Source: an uncultured Actinomycetota bacterium | GTDB lineage: Bacteria; Actinomycetota; Actinomycetes; CAVWCF01 | NCBI GenBank assembly: GCA_963753435.1 | Contig: CAVWCF010000001.1 | Coordinates: 1,408,001 to 1,472,000 of the forward strand | Direction of reading: 5' to 3' | DNA: 64,000 bases | Shown: one piece after another, positions 40,178 to 49,458 of the stretch | Numbering within the stretch: the first letter of the stretch is position 1 | Layout: each line of letters opens with the position of its first letter | The notes under the pieces: generated by a model | Seen by the model: the letters and a program-made list of their open reading frames with translations, nothing else | Database searches by the model: none | What the model was told of the DNA's origin: nothing | Position numbers and translations under genes: made by a program

Positions 40178-40203
40178 GCCGCAAGATCGGCCAGGATGCA
40201 CCT

Positions 40204-41646
40204 GTGCAGGTGCTCCCGTCGCGTACGGATCCGCTGGTCGCGGCGGCTAGTCCGGCCGTGGGGGGTCAGGCCGGTTCCCGGGTGCGATCGGCAAGTGGCT
40301 GGTGGACGCCGCTACGGGTGTGCCTGGCGCTGACGGTCCTGGCCGGCATCCTCAGCGTCATCCGGATCTCGCCGTGCCTGGCCGACGGCTGGACCGAAGG
40401 CGACCAGTTCCGCCTCGGCTGCTATTCGGACATCGGGGTGCTGTACGGCAGCCGCGGCCTGGAGGGCGGTGCCGGTCCGTTCAACCCGGACGAACCGCTG
40501 GAGTACCCGGTACTGACTTCCTTGACGGCCGGTGTCACCGCCTGGCTGACGGATCGCGTGGACGCCATCGACGGTCAGCGCAGCAGCAGCGTGCAGCGCA
40601 CGCAGACGTTCTTCATGTTCAACGCCGTGCTACTGCTCTCGGCATGGGTCGTTGCCGTTGCCCTCATCGTCCGCGCGACCAGGTGGCGACCTTGGGACGC
40701 CGCCCTCCTGGCAGTGGCGCCGGGGGTACTGCTGGCCGGGTTGGTCAACTGGGACCTGCTGGCGGCGGTGTGCGTTGTCGCCGCGCTGTTGGCCATGGCC
40801 CGGCGACGCCCGATGTGGGCCGGCGTGCTGTTGGGGCTGGGAGCGGCGCTGAAGTTGTACCCCGCGTTGCTGCTGCTGCCGATCGTCCTGATCGCGTGGC
40901 GTCGACGCGACCCCCAACCGGCGTTCCGCGCGATCCTCGGTGCCGCGATCGCGTGGTTGGCCGTCAACGTGCCCGCCTACCTGGCCGCGCCAGAGGCGTG
41001 GTCCCGGTTCTACGAGCTGAGTCGGGAGCGCTCGTACTCCTGGGGTTCGGTCTGGTTGGCGCTGTCCGATGCCGGTTGGTACGACGCGACCGGCTCCCTG
41101 AACGTGCTGGGGCCGGCGCTGTTCGCCGTTGCCTGCCTGGGTCTGGTCTTCCTGACCTGGCGGGCGCCGATGCCGCCGCGGCTCGGGCAACTCGCGTTCC
41201 TGGTGGTGGCGGCGTTCCTGATCGTGAACAAGGTGTACAGCCCGCAGTTCGTGGTGTGGCTGGCCACGCTGCTCCCGTTCGCCCGGCCGCGGTGGCCCGC
41301 GGCGGTGGCCTGGTTCGCAGCGGAAGCTGTCTACTTCGCGGCGGTGTGGGCTCACCTGGAGGGCGTCACCAACCCGGACTCGATGATCCCCACCTGGCCA
41401 CACACGCTGGCCACTTTCGTGCGGTTGGGTGCCTTGTTGGTGTTGCTGGGCCTGATCGTTCGCGACGTGCTGAATCCGGAGACCGACGTGGTCCGGACTT
41501 CCGCGCCACCGGACGCCGGTGACGACCCGCTTTGGCCGCTGCCCTCAGTCCCAGCCGAGGACGCGGTCGAAGGCGGCGGTCGTCATGCGCGCGTCCACGT
41601 CCAAGAAGGAGCCCACGTCCGGAGCCATCCCGGGCCGGGCCAGTAG
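40204..41646 (+). CDS. Glycosyltransferase family 87 membrane protein
   Basis: CYSDI..LY, EYPVLT, NWDL, KLYP, NKVYSPQF; many TM segments. Confidence 0.88.
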   Translation: MQVLPSRTDPLVAAASPAVGGQAGSRVRSASGWWTPLRVCLALTVLAGILSVIRISPCLADGWTEGDQFRLGCYSDIGVLYGSRGLEGGAGPFNPDEPLEYPVLTSLTAGVTAWLTDRVDAIDGQRSSSVQRTQTFFMFNAVLLLSAWVVAVALIVRATRWRPWDAALLAVAPGVLLAGLVNWDLLAAVCVVAALLAMARRRPMWAGVLLGLGAALKLYPALLLLPIVLIAWRRRDPQPAFRAILGAAIAWLAVNVPAYLAAPEAWSRFYELSRERSYSWGSVWLALSDAGWYDATGSLNVLGPALFAVACLGLVFLTWRAPMPPRLGQLAFLVVAAFLIVNKVYSPQFVVWLATLLPFARPRWPAAVAWFAAEAVYFAAVWAHLEGVTNPDSMIPTWPHTLATFVRLGALLVLLGLIVRDVLNPETDVVRTSAPPDAGDDPLWPLPSVPAEDAVEGGGRHARVHVQEGAHVRSHPGPGQ

Positions 41647-42564
41647 CAGCGACACCTGCATGTGTGGCGGCTCGGCGAACCAAAGCCGTTTGCCGTTGCG
41701 GCGAAACGGCGATGGCACCCGCCCGCCAGCTTCCAGCAGGCCGCGGGCGACCGTCTTGCTCTTGGCGCTCACCCCGGACGGCGTGGTCGGTGCTTCCAGG
41801 CCCACGCCGTGCGCGGTGCCGCCGCTGGCAACGATCAGGTCGGCCGCGCGGCTCACCCGGCGCTGTCGGTACCCGATGCGCTCCCCGGTGGTGACCCGGT
41901 GCACGGCCAAGACCTGAGCGCGCACCTGCAGGGTTTCGCGCTTGCCCAGCCAGAGCCGGGTGCCGACGCGCTGGTGCAGCGGCCAGGCCGGGTGTGCCCC
42001 CCGGACGGCCTCGACTTCTTCGTCGGTCAGGTGACTGACCCACAACGGGACCGGACCCAGACCCACCGCTTCGACGGCCGCCACGACCGAACCCACCTCT
42101 TGGACCCGCGCCCCTGGCTCGGCATCCAGCGGTAGGTGCACCGCCACGCCCCGGCTCAGATCGGTGATGCTGCCCAGCGTGGCGGCCGGGATGCCGAAAC
42201 GCATCACCGAACTCAGCACCTCGACCACATACGGCACGCCGGCGTCGGCCAGGCCGGTCACGGCGTCCAATGTGGCTGCGGTGTAGACGGTCCCGTCGGT
42301 CCGCGGCGCCGGGTCCAGACCGCGCTGCCACGGCTGCAGGACGAGCAGGTCGGCGTCGGTGTGCGGCCGCACCTCGTCAAGTTCTGAGATCGTGCCGACC
42401 GCGAGCATGCGTGCGCCGGCTCGTCTGGCTTCGGCCGCGGTTCGCGCCAGCCCCAGGCCGTAGCCGTTGCCCTTGGTCACCGGGACCAGGTCGGCATCGG
42501 CGCTGATCAACGCCGCGAGGTGCTGGCGCCAACCATTCGCGTCGACGTGGAGTTCGTAGGTCAT
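41545..42564 (-). CDS. Alanine racemase-like PLP enzyme
   Basis: LVPVTKGNGYG, 'RVGTRLWLG', 'IGYRQ', 'EPPHMQVS'; ATGA overlap with the femAB gene. Confidence 0.8.
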   Translation of the reverse strand: MTYELHVDANGWRQHLAALISADADLVPVTKGNGYGLGLARTAAEARRAGARMLAVGTISELDEVRPHTDADLLVLQPWQRGLDPAPRTDGTVYTAATLDAVTGLADAGVPYVVEVLSSVMRFGIPAATLGSITDLSRGVAVHLPLDAEPGARVQEVGSVVAAVEAVGLGPVPLWVSHLTDEEVEAVRGAHPAWPLHQRVGTRLWLGKRETLQVRAQVLAVHRVTTGERIGYRQRRVSRAADLIVASGGTAHGVGLEAPTTPSGVSAKSKTVARGLLEAGGRVPSPFRRNGKRLWFAEPPHMQVSLLLARPGMAPDVGSFLDVDARMTTAAFDRVLGWD

Positions 42565-43691
42565 GACCGCCGCCGCAGGTAGGCAGAGAAGGCCGCGTAC
42601 AGCGGCCGGTTGATCGGATAGTCGAACTCGCCCAGATACTCGACCGCGTCGCCACCGGTGCCGACCTTGAAGCGAATCAACCCGAACAGCGGGTCGTCCT
42701 CGTCCAAGGTGTCGGAGATGCCGCGCAGGTCGTACGTCGTCGCGCCGGCGGCATGTGCGTCGGTCAGCATTCGCCACTGCAGCGCGTTGGAGGGTCGAAC
42801 GTCTCGGCCTTCGTTCGCGGACGCGCCGTAGGAGTACCAGACGTGCTCGCCCACCTTGACCCAGGTGGCGGCCGCTAGGGCGACCCCCTCGTGCCGGGCC
42901 AGGTACAGCCGGATCCGATCCGGGTCCTCAGCGCGCATTGCCGACCACATGCGTTCGAAGTAGCGCAACGGCCTGGGCGTGAAGCCGTCCCGGGCCGCGG
43001 TGACCCGGTACAAATCGTGGAACGTGGCCAGATCATCGGCGGTCCCCTGGTCGACGGTGACCCCGGCGCGCTCGGCCTTGCGGATGTTGCGCCGCCACAA
43101 CTGATTGAACGAGCCGAACACATCCTCAGTCGAACGCCCGGCCAGCGGCACCTGGAACACATAGCGCGGCTGCACGTCGCCGAAGCCGGCGCCACTGGAC
43201 TGCGGCTGTCGCCATCCGGCAGCGCGCAGCCGTTCGGAAACGGCCAGGGCCTGCGGGTCGGTCTGGTCGGCGGCGAGATCACCGAGTCGGCTCGCTTCGG
43301 CGGCGATCCCGGCCTTGACGGTCGCGTTGGACCAGGTGCGGGTCACCAGCGGCGGACCCATCTTCACCGCGAAGCAGCGCTTGGACCGGGCATGGGCCAG
43401 CAGCGGCCGGACGATGTCGGCGACATCGAAGTCGTACCAGGGCAGGACCGGGCCTTCGGGCAAGTAGGCGAGCCGGTAGCGCAGCCGGGGCACCTGTCGG
43501 TACAGCACCAACCCGGCGCCCACCAGCTCGTCACCGGCGAACCAACCGAGTGACTCGTGGCCCCATTCGGACTTGACCGCGCCCCAGGACGGGCACTGCA
43601 GGAAGGAGACGGCCGGCTGTTCGGCTACCCAGTCCAGGTGCTGTTGAGCGGAGATGACCCGCACTCGCAATGGCCCGGGCTTGGCGCTCAC
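42561..43691 (-). CDS. FemABX-family peptidoglycan bridge aminoacyltransferase
   Basis: SFLQCPSW, AYLPEGP, RRNIRKA, WYSYGAS, YDLRGI, FKVGTGG. Confidence 0.92.
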   Translation of the reverse strand: MSAKPGPLRVRVISAQQHLDWVAEQPAVSFLQCPSWGAVKSEWGHESLGWFAGDELVGAGLVLYRQVPRLRYRLAYLPEGPVLPWYDFDVADIVRPLLAHARSKRCFAVKMGPPLVTRTWSNATVKAGIAAEASRLGDLAADQTDPQALAVSERLRAAGWRQPQSSGAGFGDVQPRYVFQVPLAGRSTEDVFGSFNQLWRRNIRKAERAGVTVDQGTADDLATFHDLYRVTAARDGFTPRPLRYFERMWSAMRAEDPDRIRLYLARHEGVALAAATWVKVGEHVWYSYGASANEGRDVRPSNALQWRMLTDAHAAGATTYDLRGISDTLDEDDPLFGLIRFKVGTGGDAVEYLGEFDYPINRPLYAAFSAYLRRRS

Positions 43692-44476
43692 AGGTCGAGA
43701 TCCACGATGACGGGGGCGTGATCGGACGGGCCGGTGCCCTTGCGCATCTCGCGATCCACCACCGCGTCGCGCACGGCGGCGGCGAACCCGTCGTTGCCGT
43801 ACACGAGGTCGATGCGCATTCCTTGTCCCTTGTGGAAGGCGCCGCCGCGGTAGTCCCAGTAGGTGTACGGGTGCGGACCCTTGGCGATTCGCGGGATCAC
43901 GTCGTGCAGGCCGAGGTCCCGCAGTCGGGCCAAGGCGTCGCGCTCGGCGTCGGTGACATGGGTGGATCCGACGAAGTGCGCCGGGTCCCATACGTCGGCA
44001 TCGGTCGGGGCGACGTTGTAGTCGCCCAGAATCGCGTACGGCCGGTCCGCGGTGACATCGCCGCTGATCGCCTGGCCGAGCGCATCCAGCCACCGCAGCT
44101 TGTAGGCGTAATGCGGGTTGTCCGGCTCTCGGCCGTTCGGGACGTAGACGCAGGTCACGCGTACGGGCCCGCAGGTGGCGGTGACCGCGCGCGCCTCGAC
44201 CACCTCGGGGTCCCCGAACGCCGGTGCCCCGGTGAACCCGACTTCGACGTCGGTCAGCCCGACCCGCGACAGCACGGCCACCCCGTTCCAGCGCCCCAGT
44301 CCATGGTGGGCCACCTGGTAGCCGGCTTCGGCCAGTTCGGAGTGGGGGAAAGCCTCGTCGGTGACCTTGGTTTCCTGCAGGCAGGCGACGTCGATCGCAC
44401 CTTCGGCCAGCCACGGCAGCAACCGGGGCAGACGCGAGGTGATCGAGTTGACGTTCCAGGTGGCCACCCGCAGCAC
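43688..44476 (-). CDS. xth: Exodeoxyribonuclease III
   Basis: ATWNVNS, LQETK, YVPNG, GDYNVAP, YTYWDYR, RID, SDHAP. Confidence 0.94.
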   Translation of the reverse strand: MLRVATWNVNSITSRLPRLLPWLAEGAIDVACLQETKVTDEAFPHSELAEAGYQVAHHGLGRWNGVAVLSRVGLTDVEVGFTGAPAFGDPEVVEARAVTATCGPVRVTCVYVPNGREPDNPHYAYKLRWLDALGQAISGDVTADRPYAILGDYNVAPTDADVWDPAHFVGSTHVTDAERDALARLRDLGLHDVIPRIAKGPHPYTYWDYRGGAFHKGQGMRIDLVYGNDGFAAAVRDAVVDREMRKGTGPSDHAPVIVDLDL

Positions 44477-44565
44477 GGGCGCGAGCGTAGCGAGACGATT
44501 TCCGGTCGGTGCCCGCCTGCGGCTACCCTCTGACCCTCGCCCGGTTCTCCGGGCCGACGCAGCAA

Positions 44566-44615
44566 GACCCTCCTGTCACGGATGGACCGTGGCCGCCTAG
44601 TCCAGAGGAGGTAGG
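44566..44615 (+). ncRNA. Probable S6:S18 ribosomal-protein leader (cis-regulatory RNA)
   Basis: ACCCTCCT-GTCACGG-ATGGA-CCGTGGC...GAGGAGGT: inner hairpin with a CCC motif whose flank can pair with the rpsF Shine-Dalgarno. Confidence 0.6.
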
Positions 44616-44621
44616 GAATAC

Positions 44622-44915
44622 ATGCGTCATTACGAACTGATGGTCATCCTCGATCCCAGCGTCGAGGAGCGCACCGTCGCCCCATCCTTGGAGCAGTTCC
44701 TCGGTGTCATCCGCAACAGCGGTGGTTCCGTCGACTCCGTCGACATCTGGGGTCGTCGCCGACTTGCCTACGAGATCAACAAGCACAGCGAGGGCATCTA
44801 CGCGGTCATTGATCTGACCTGTGAGTCCGACGCCGTCGCGGAACTCGACCGGCAGTTGAACCTCACTGAAGCCGTGCTGCGCACCAAGGTTGTCCGCCCC
44901 GAGATTCGGAAGTAG
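44622..44915 (+). CDS. rpsF: 30S ribosomal protein S6
   Basis: [28 protein letters not shown]. Confidence 0.97.
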   Translation: MRHYELMVILDPSVEERTVAPSLEQFLGVIRNSGGSVDSVDIWGRRRLAYEINKHSEGIYAVIDLTCESDAVAELDRQLNLTEAVLRTKVVRPEIRK

Positions 44916-44922
44916 GCGCCCG

Positions 44923-45393
44923 ATGGCTGGTGACACAGTTATCACCGTGGTCGGCAACCTGACCGACGATCCCGAATTGCGCTTCACCCCGTCCGGTGCC
45001 GCCGTGGCCAACTTCACGGTCGCATCCACGCCGCGGTTCTTCGACAAGCAGACCAACGAGTGGAAGGACGGCGACGCGCTGTTCCTGCGCTGCTCGGTCT
45101 GGCGGCAGTACGCGGAGAACGTGGCCGAGTCGCTGACTCGCGGCGCTCGCGTCATCGTGCAGGGGCGGCTCAAGCAGCGCTCCTACGAGACCCGTGAAGG
45201 CGAGAAGCGCACGGTTGTCGAGTGCGAGGTCGACGAGATCGGCCCGGCGCTCCGTTACGCGACCGCCAAGGTGTCCAAGGTGTCCCGCTCCGGCGGCGGC
45301 TCCGGGGACTCTGGCGCGGCTGACCCCTGGTCGAGCGGTTCGTCGGCTTCCACCGATGACTGGAAGACCGGTGGCGACGAACCACCCTTCTGA
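44923..45393 (+). CDS. ssb: Single-stranded DNA-binding protein
   Basis: [22 protein letters not shown]-terminal DEPPF. Confidence 0.97.
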   Translation: MAGDTVITVVGNLTDDPELRFTPSGAAVANFTVASTPRFFDKQTNEWKDGDALFLRCSVWRQYAENVAESLTRGARVIVQGRLKQRSYETREGEKRTVVECEVDEIGPALRYATAKVSKVSRSGGGSGDSGAADPWSSGSSASTDDWKTGGDEPPF

Positions 45394-45466
45394 TGAACGC
45401 GCGACCCAGTCGCATTTGACCTAAGACCATCCCCGCTACGGCGGGGCCCTACCCAGGAGCACCACG

Positions 45467-45706
45467 ATGGCCAAGCCGCCAATTCGCAAGCCAATGAAGA
45501 AGAAGCCGAACCCGTTGACCGCGGGCGGCATCGAGTACGTCGACTACAAGGACACCGCCCTCCTGCGCAAGTTCATCTCCGACCGCGGCAAGATCCGCGC
45601 GCGTCGGGTGACCGGTGTCACCGTTCAGCAGCAGAAGCAGATCGCCAAGGCGGTCAAGAACGCCCGCGAGATGGCGCTGCTGCCCTACACATCCAGCTCG
45701 CGCTGA
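45467..45706 (+). CDS. rpsR: 30S ribosomal protein S18 (Cys-free form)
   Basis: [39 protein letters not shown]. Confidence 0.97.
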   Translation: MAKPPIRKPMKKKPNPLTAGGIEYVDYKDTALLRKFISDRGKIRARRVTGVTVQQQKQIAKAVKNAREMALLPYTSSSR

Positions 45707-45717
45707 GGGGACGGATC

Positions 45718-46164
45718 ATGAAACTCATCCTCAAGCAGGACGTTGACGGCCTGGGTACCCCGGGCGACGTCGTGGACGTCAAGCCGGGTTACGGCCGCAA
45801 CTACCTGGTGCCCCGGGGCCTGGCGATCGCCTGGACCAAGGGCGCGGAGAAGCAGATCGAGCAGATCCGTCGCGCCCGGGCCTCTCGGCAGGTTCGCGAC
45901 CTCGACCACGCCCAGGAGATCGCCGCGGCTCTGGCCGAGGTCACTGTGCAGGTCAGCGCGAAGGCCGGTGACGGCGGACGGCTGTTCGGCTCGGTGACCA
46001 CCGCCGAGATCGCCGAGGCCGTGACGGCCGCCGGCGGTCCGGCGCTGGACAAGCACGCTGTGTCCATCGCCGCGCCGATCAAGACGGTCGGTACGCACCG
46101 GGTCACGGTCAAGTTGCACCCTGAAGTCACTGCGGACGTTGACGTGGAGGTCACCGCCGCCTGA
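45718..46164 (+). CDS. rplI: 50S ribosomal protein L9
   Basis: MKLIL..DV.GLG..GDVVDVKPGYGRNYLVP, GRLFGSVT. Confidence 0.97.
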   Translation: MKLILKQDVDGLGTPGDVVDVKPGYGRNYLVPRGLAIAWTKGAEKQIEQIRRARASRQVRDLDHAQEIAAALAEVTVQVSAKAGDGGRLFGSVTTAEIAEAVTAAGGPALDKHAVSIAAPIKTVGTHRVTVKLHPEVTADVDVEVTAA

Positions 46165-46177
46165 CCGCAACTTGCTT

Positions 46178-46206
46178 CGATGCCCCGGCCTAGCGCCGGG
46201 GCATCG
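46178..46206. terminator. Hairpin between convergent rplI and MATE genes
   Basis: Perfect 12-bp stem CGATGCCCCGGC/GCCGGGGCATCG, 5-nt loop. Confidence 0.75.
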
Positions 46207-46266
46207 GCATGTCCGGACCAGTACCCCGCAGGTCACCGTCGGCAACGCCGGGGAACAGACCGGTAG

Positions 46267-47583
46267 CTACCGGCTCATCCCGGGCACGGCCCACACATCG
46301 GTGCGGACCCGGCGCCACAGCAGCAGGCCGCGCACCAACATGAACCAGGTCAGCGCCAGCCACAGCGCAACCAGGTTTGCGTCCAGCACCAGCACCGCGA
46401 CCGCGGCGGGAGCGAAGAGCCCGAACATGAGCGTCTGCGCTCCGGCCAGCCACCGGGCGTCCCCCGCCCCGATCAGCACGCCGTCCCAGACGAACACCGG
46501 ACCGGCCAGCGGTTGTTGGGCCGCGACCACGATCAGCGCTCCGGTCAGCGCACTGACCACGACCGGGTCGTCGGTGAACAGCGGCACGTACAGGGGCAGG
46601 ACGGCCAGTAGCAGCAGCCCGAGCACCACGCCCAGCCCGAGTCCCCAGCGGGCCAGGGTTCTGGTCAGGGCGTGGGCGGCCGCGACGGCGCCGGCGCCAA
46701 GGTTTCGTCCGACCATCGCCTGGGCCGCGATCGCCAGCGAGTCGTGCGCCAGCGCCAGCAGGAACCACGTGGTCATCGCCACTTGGTAGGCGGCGAGGTC
46801 GGCATCGCCCAGCCGAGCGGCGACGGCGGCGGCCAACAGGAACACCGCGCGCAGCGACACGGTGCGCACGAACAGCGCCCCGCCGGTGCGTGCGGATTGG
46901 CGCATCCCGTCCAGGTGGGGGCGCATGGATGTCCGCGAGCCACCGGCCGCGCGGCGGATCAGCGCCACGTACGCGATCCCGGCGCCTGTTTGCGCGATGA
47001 CTGTTCCCCAGGCCGAGCCGGCGATGCCGTAGTCCAGAACCAGCACGAAGAGGGCGCTCAAGCCTGCGTTCGAGGTGGCCGCGATCGCGGTGACGATCAG
47101 CGGGGTCTTCGTGTCCTGCAACCCGCGCAGCACGCCGGTTCCGGCCAACGTCACCAGCATCGCCGGCAGTCCGAGCAGGCTGATGCGCAAGTAGGTGGCC
47201 GCGAACGGCTCGGCGTCGGCAGAAACCCCGAGCAGGGCGAGCAGGGGGCTGACGAGCAGCCAGCCCGCCGCCGCGAGCACGGCGCCCAGTCCCAGGGCCA
47301 GCCACATGCCGTCTACGCCGCGGCTGACTGCGGTGCTCACGTCGCCGGCGCCGAACAGGCGGGACGTGACCGCGGTGGTGGTGTAGGCCAAGAAGATGCA
47401 CAGGCCCACCACGGTGCCGAGCACGACGGCGGCGGCACCCAAGCCGGCCAGGGGCAGCGTCCCGAGCGTGCCCACGATGGCGGTGTCCACCAGCAAGAAC
47501 AGCGGCTCGGCGACCAGGGCTCCGAAGGCGGGCACGGCCAGGCGCAGGATCTCGCGATCGCGTTCGGACAGCCGGGGTCGCAC
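46267..47583 (-). CDS. MATE family efflux transporter (DinF-like)
   Basis: EILRLAVPA..ALVAEPLFLLVDTAIVG, GVLRGLQDTKTP, DSLAIAAQ, DGVLIGAGD. Confidence 0.92.
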   Translation of the reverse strand: MRPRLSERDREILRLAVPAFGALVAEPLFLLVDTAIVGTLGTLPLAGLGAAAVVLGTVVGLCIFLAYTTTAVTSRLFGAGDVSTAVSRGVDGMWLALGLGAVLAAAGWLLVSPLLALLGVSADAEPFAATYLRISLLGLPAMLVTLAGTGVLRGLQDTKTPLIVTAIAATSNAGLSALFVLVLDYGIAGSAWGTVIAQTGAGIAYVALIRRAAGGSRTSMRPHLDGMRQSARTGGALFVRTVSLRAVFLLAAAVAARLGDADLAAYQVAMTTWFLLALAHDSLAIAAQAMVGRNLGAGAVAAAHALTRTLARWGLGLGVVLGLLLLAVLPLYVPLFTDDPVVVSALTGALIVVAAQQPLAGPVFVWDGVLIGAGDARWLAGAQTLMFGLFAPAAVAVLVLDANLVALWLALTWFMLVRGLLLWRRVRTDVWAVPGMSR

Positions 47584-47640
47584 GAAGCGCAGAGTGCCAG
47601 CCCCCGCTTGTCCAAATACTGGGATGCCGGGATCTGATCT

Positions 47641-47781
47641 GGATCCACAGGGTGTGGACGGCATCACCGCAGGTCGCGAGGGCCATAGGTCGTAGGTGGC
47701 AAGTGAACCCACAGCCGGGTGCACACGTTGACCACAGGGCTTGGGGCAGTTGTCAACAGGCGCTCCCCAGCCGTGTCCCCA
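47641..47781. promoter_or_regulatory. Cluster of degenerate DnaA-box-like sites upstream of dnaB
   Basis: GGATCCACA 47641, TGTGGACGG 47653, GAACCCACA 47705, TTGACCACA 47728, TTGTCAACA 47750, GTGTCCCCA 47773. Confidence 0.6.
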
Positions 47782-47826
47782 GCGTTTCTTCCACCTTGTC
47801 GGACCCTGCCGGTAGACCCTGCCCCT

Positions 47827-49185
47827 GTGAGCGTCGCGGATCTGGGTCTGGTCATCGAGCCGGACTACGACCGCACCCCACCGCAGGACGTGGCCGCCGA
47901 GCAGAGCGTTCTCGGGGCGATGATGTTGTCCAAGGACGCGATCGCCGACGTCGTCGAGGTGCTTCGCGGCGTCGACTTCTACCGACCTGCGCACCAGACG
48001 GTCTACGACACCGTCCTGGATTTGTACGGGCGCGGCGAACCGGCCGACGCGGTGACGGTGTCGGCGGAACTGACCAAGAACGGGGATCTGCCACGAATCG
48101 GTGGGGCCCCGTACCTGCACACACTCATCGCCGGGGTGCCCACGGCGGCCAACGCCGCCTACTACGCGCGGATCGTGGCCGAGAAGGCAATCCTGCGCCG
48201 ACTCGTCGAGGCCGGCACGCGCATCGTGCAGATGGGCTATTCAACGGAGGGGACCGACGCTGACGCCGCGGTTGATGCCGCGCAGGCAGAGGTCTACTCG
48301 GTTACTGAGCGACGCGCATCGGAGGACTACCACCCGCTGGCTGACCTGGTCCCCGCCACGTTGGAGGAACTGGACGCGATCTCGCGGCGCGACGGCGAGA
48401 TGCTCGGGGTGCCGACCGGCTTCACTGATCTGGACGCCCTCACGCACGGGCTGCAACCGGGTCAGATGGTCGTGGTGGCGGCGCGTCCTGCCGTCGGTAA
48501 ATCAACGCTTGGCCTGGACTTCGCCCGGGCCGCTTCGATCAAGCACGGGCGCACGTCGGTGGTGTTCAGCCTGGAGATGAGCCGCAGCGAAATCACGATG
48601 CGGCTGTTGTCCGCCGAGGCGCAGGTTCCACTGCACGTGATGCGCTCGGGCATCAACAAGGACGCCGACTGGGAGCGACTGGCTCGCACCATGAGCCGGG
48701 TGTCCGAAGCGCCGCTGTTCATCGATGACAGCCCGAACATGACGATGATGGAGATCCGGGCCAAGTGCCGCCGGCTCAAGCAGCGCAACGATCTGAAGTT
48801 GGTCATCGTCGACTACCTGCAGTTGATGAGCAGCGGGCGCCGGGTGGAGAGTCGGCAGCAAGAGGTGTCGGAGTTCTCCCGGAGCCTGAAGTTGCTGGCC
48901 AAGGAACTCGAGGTTCCGGTGGTGGCGATCAGCCAGCTGAACCGTGGCCCGGAGCAGCGCACTGACAAGAAGCCGCAGATGTCCGACCTGCGGGAATCCG
49001 GCGCGATCGAGCAGGACGCCGACATCGTCATGCTGCTGCACCGGGAGGACCAGTACGACAGGGAGTCCAGCCGCATCGGCGAGGCCGACCTGATCGTGGC
49101 CAAACACCGAAACGGCCCGACCGAGACCATCGCGCTGGTCTTCCAGGGCCACTACAGCCGGTTCGGGGACCTGGCCCGCGACTAG
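47827..49185 (+). CDS. dnaB: Replicative DNA helicase DnaB (no intein)
   Basis: PPQD..AEQSVLG, AARPAVGKS, IVDYLQLM, SQLNRGPE, DLRESGAIEQDAD, KHRNGPT. Confidence 0.97.
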   Translation: MSVADLGLVIEPDYDRTPPQDVAAEQSVLGAMMLSKDAIADVVEVLRGVDFYRPAHQTVYDTVLDLYGRGEPADAVTVSAELTKNGDLPRIGGAPYLHTLIAGVPTAANAAYYARIVAEKAILRRLVEAGTRIVQMGYSTEGTDADAAVDAAQAEVYSVTERRASEDYHPLADLVPATLEELDAISRRDGEMLGVPTGFTDLDALTHGLQPGQMVVVAARPAVGKSTLGLDFARAASIKHGRTSVVFSLEMSRSEITMRLLSAEAQVPLHVMRSGINKDADWERLARTMSRVSEAPLFIDDSPNMTMMEIRAKCRRLKQRNDLKLVIVDYLQLMSSGRRVESRQQEVSEFSRSLKLLAKELEVPVVAISQLNRGPEQRTDKKPQMSDLRESGAIEQDADIVMLLHREDQYDRESSRIGEADLIVAKHRNGPTETIALVFQGHYSRFGDLARD

Positions 49186-49192
49186 GCGGCCC

Positions 49193-49227
49193 TTGCGAAT
49201 CGCATGTTGTAGCGCCAATATGGCGCC
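49193..49227 (+). promoter_or_regulatory. Leaderless sigma70-type promoter with overlapping palindromic operator for the TA operon
   Basis: TTGCGA(49193-98)-N17-CAATAT(49216-21)-N6-ATG; inverted repeat GCGCCA-ATA-TGGCGC (49212-49226) covers the -10. Confidence 0.65.
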
Positions 49228-49458
49228 ATGCCGAGCATCCAGATCAAGGACGTGCCTTCCGGCACCCACGCGGTGCTGAAGCGGCGGGCGGCGAACGCAC
49301 ATCAGTCGCTGCAGGAGTACCTGCTGGCGCTGCTGGTCAGTCAGGCCGCGCAGCCGACCCTCGACGAAGTACTCGACCGGGCCGGAGCCCGGGCCGGCGG
49401 CGAACTGCCACTGGCGCAAGCAGCTGCGATTGTGCGGGCTGACCGTGATCGTGGTTGA
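49228..49458 (+). CDS. Ribbon-helix-helix antitoxin (FitA/VapB-like)
   Basis: MPSIQIKDVP..THAVLKRRAA...QSLQEYL; overlaps the PIN gene. Confidence 0.85.
   Translation: MPSIQIKDVPSGTHAVLKRRAANAHQSLQEYLLALLVSQAAQPTLDEVLDRAGARAGGELPLAQAAAIVRADRDRG

Noticed and set aside
29474-40201. 594-aa (+, 29474-31258) and 761-aa (-, 37916-40201) ORFs
   Set aside because: Antisense shadows of the DUF6049 and PBP genes
42561-48120. Long N-terminal extensions of femAB (to 44414) and MATE (to 48120)
   Set aside because: They overlap xth and dnaB; family homology begins at the downstream GTG starts 43691 and 47583
3908-49185. Inteins or introns in gyrA, gyrB or dnaB
   Set aside because: Lengths and motif spacing are standard; no insertions seen
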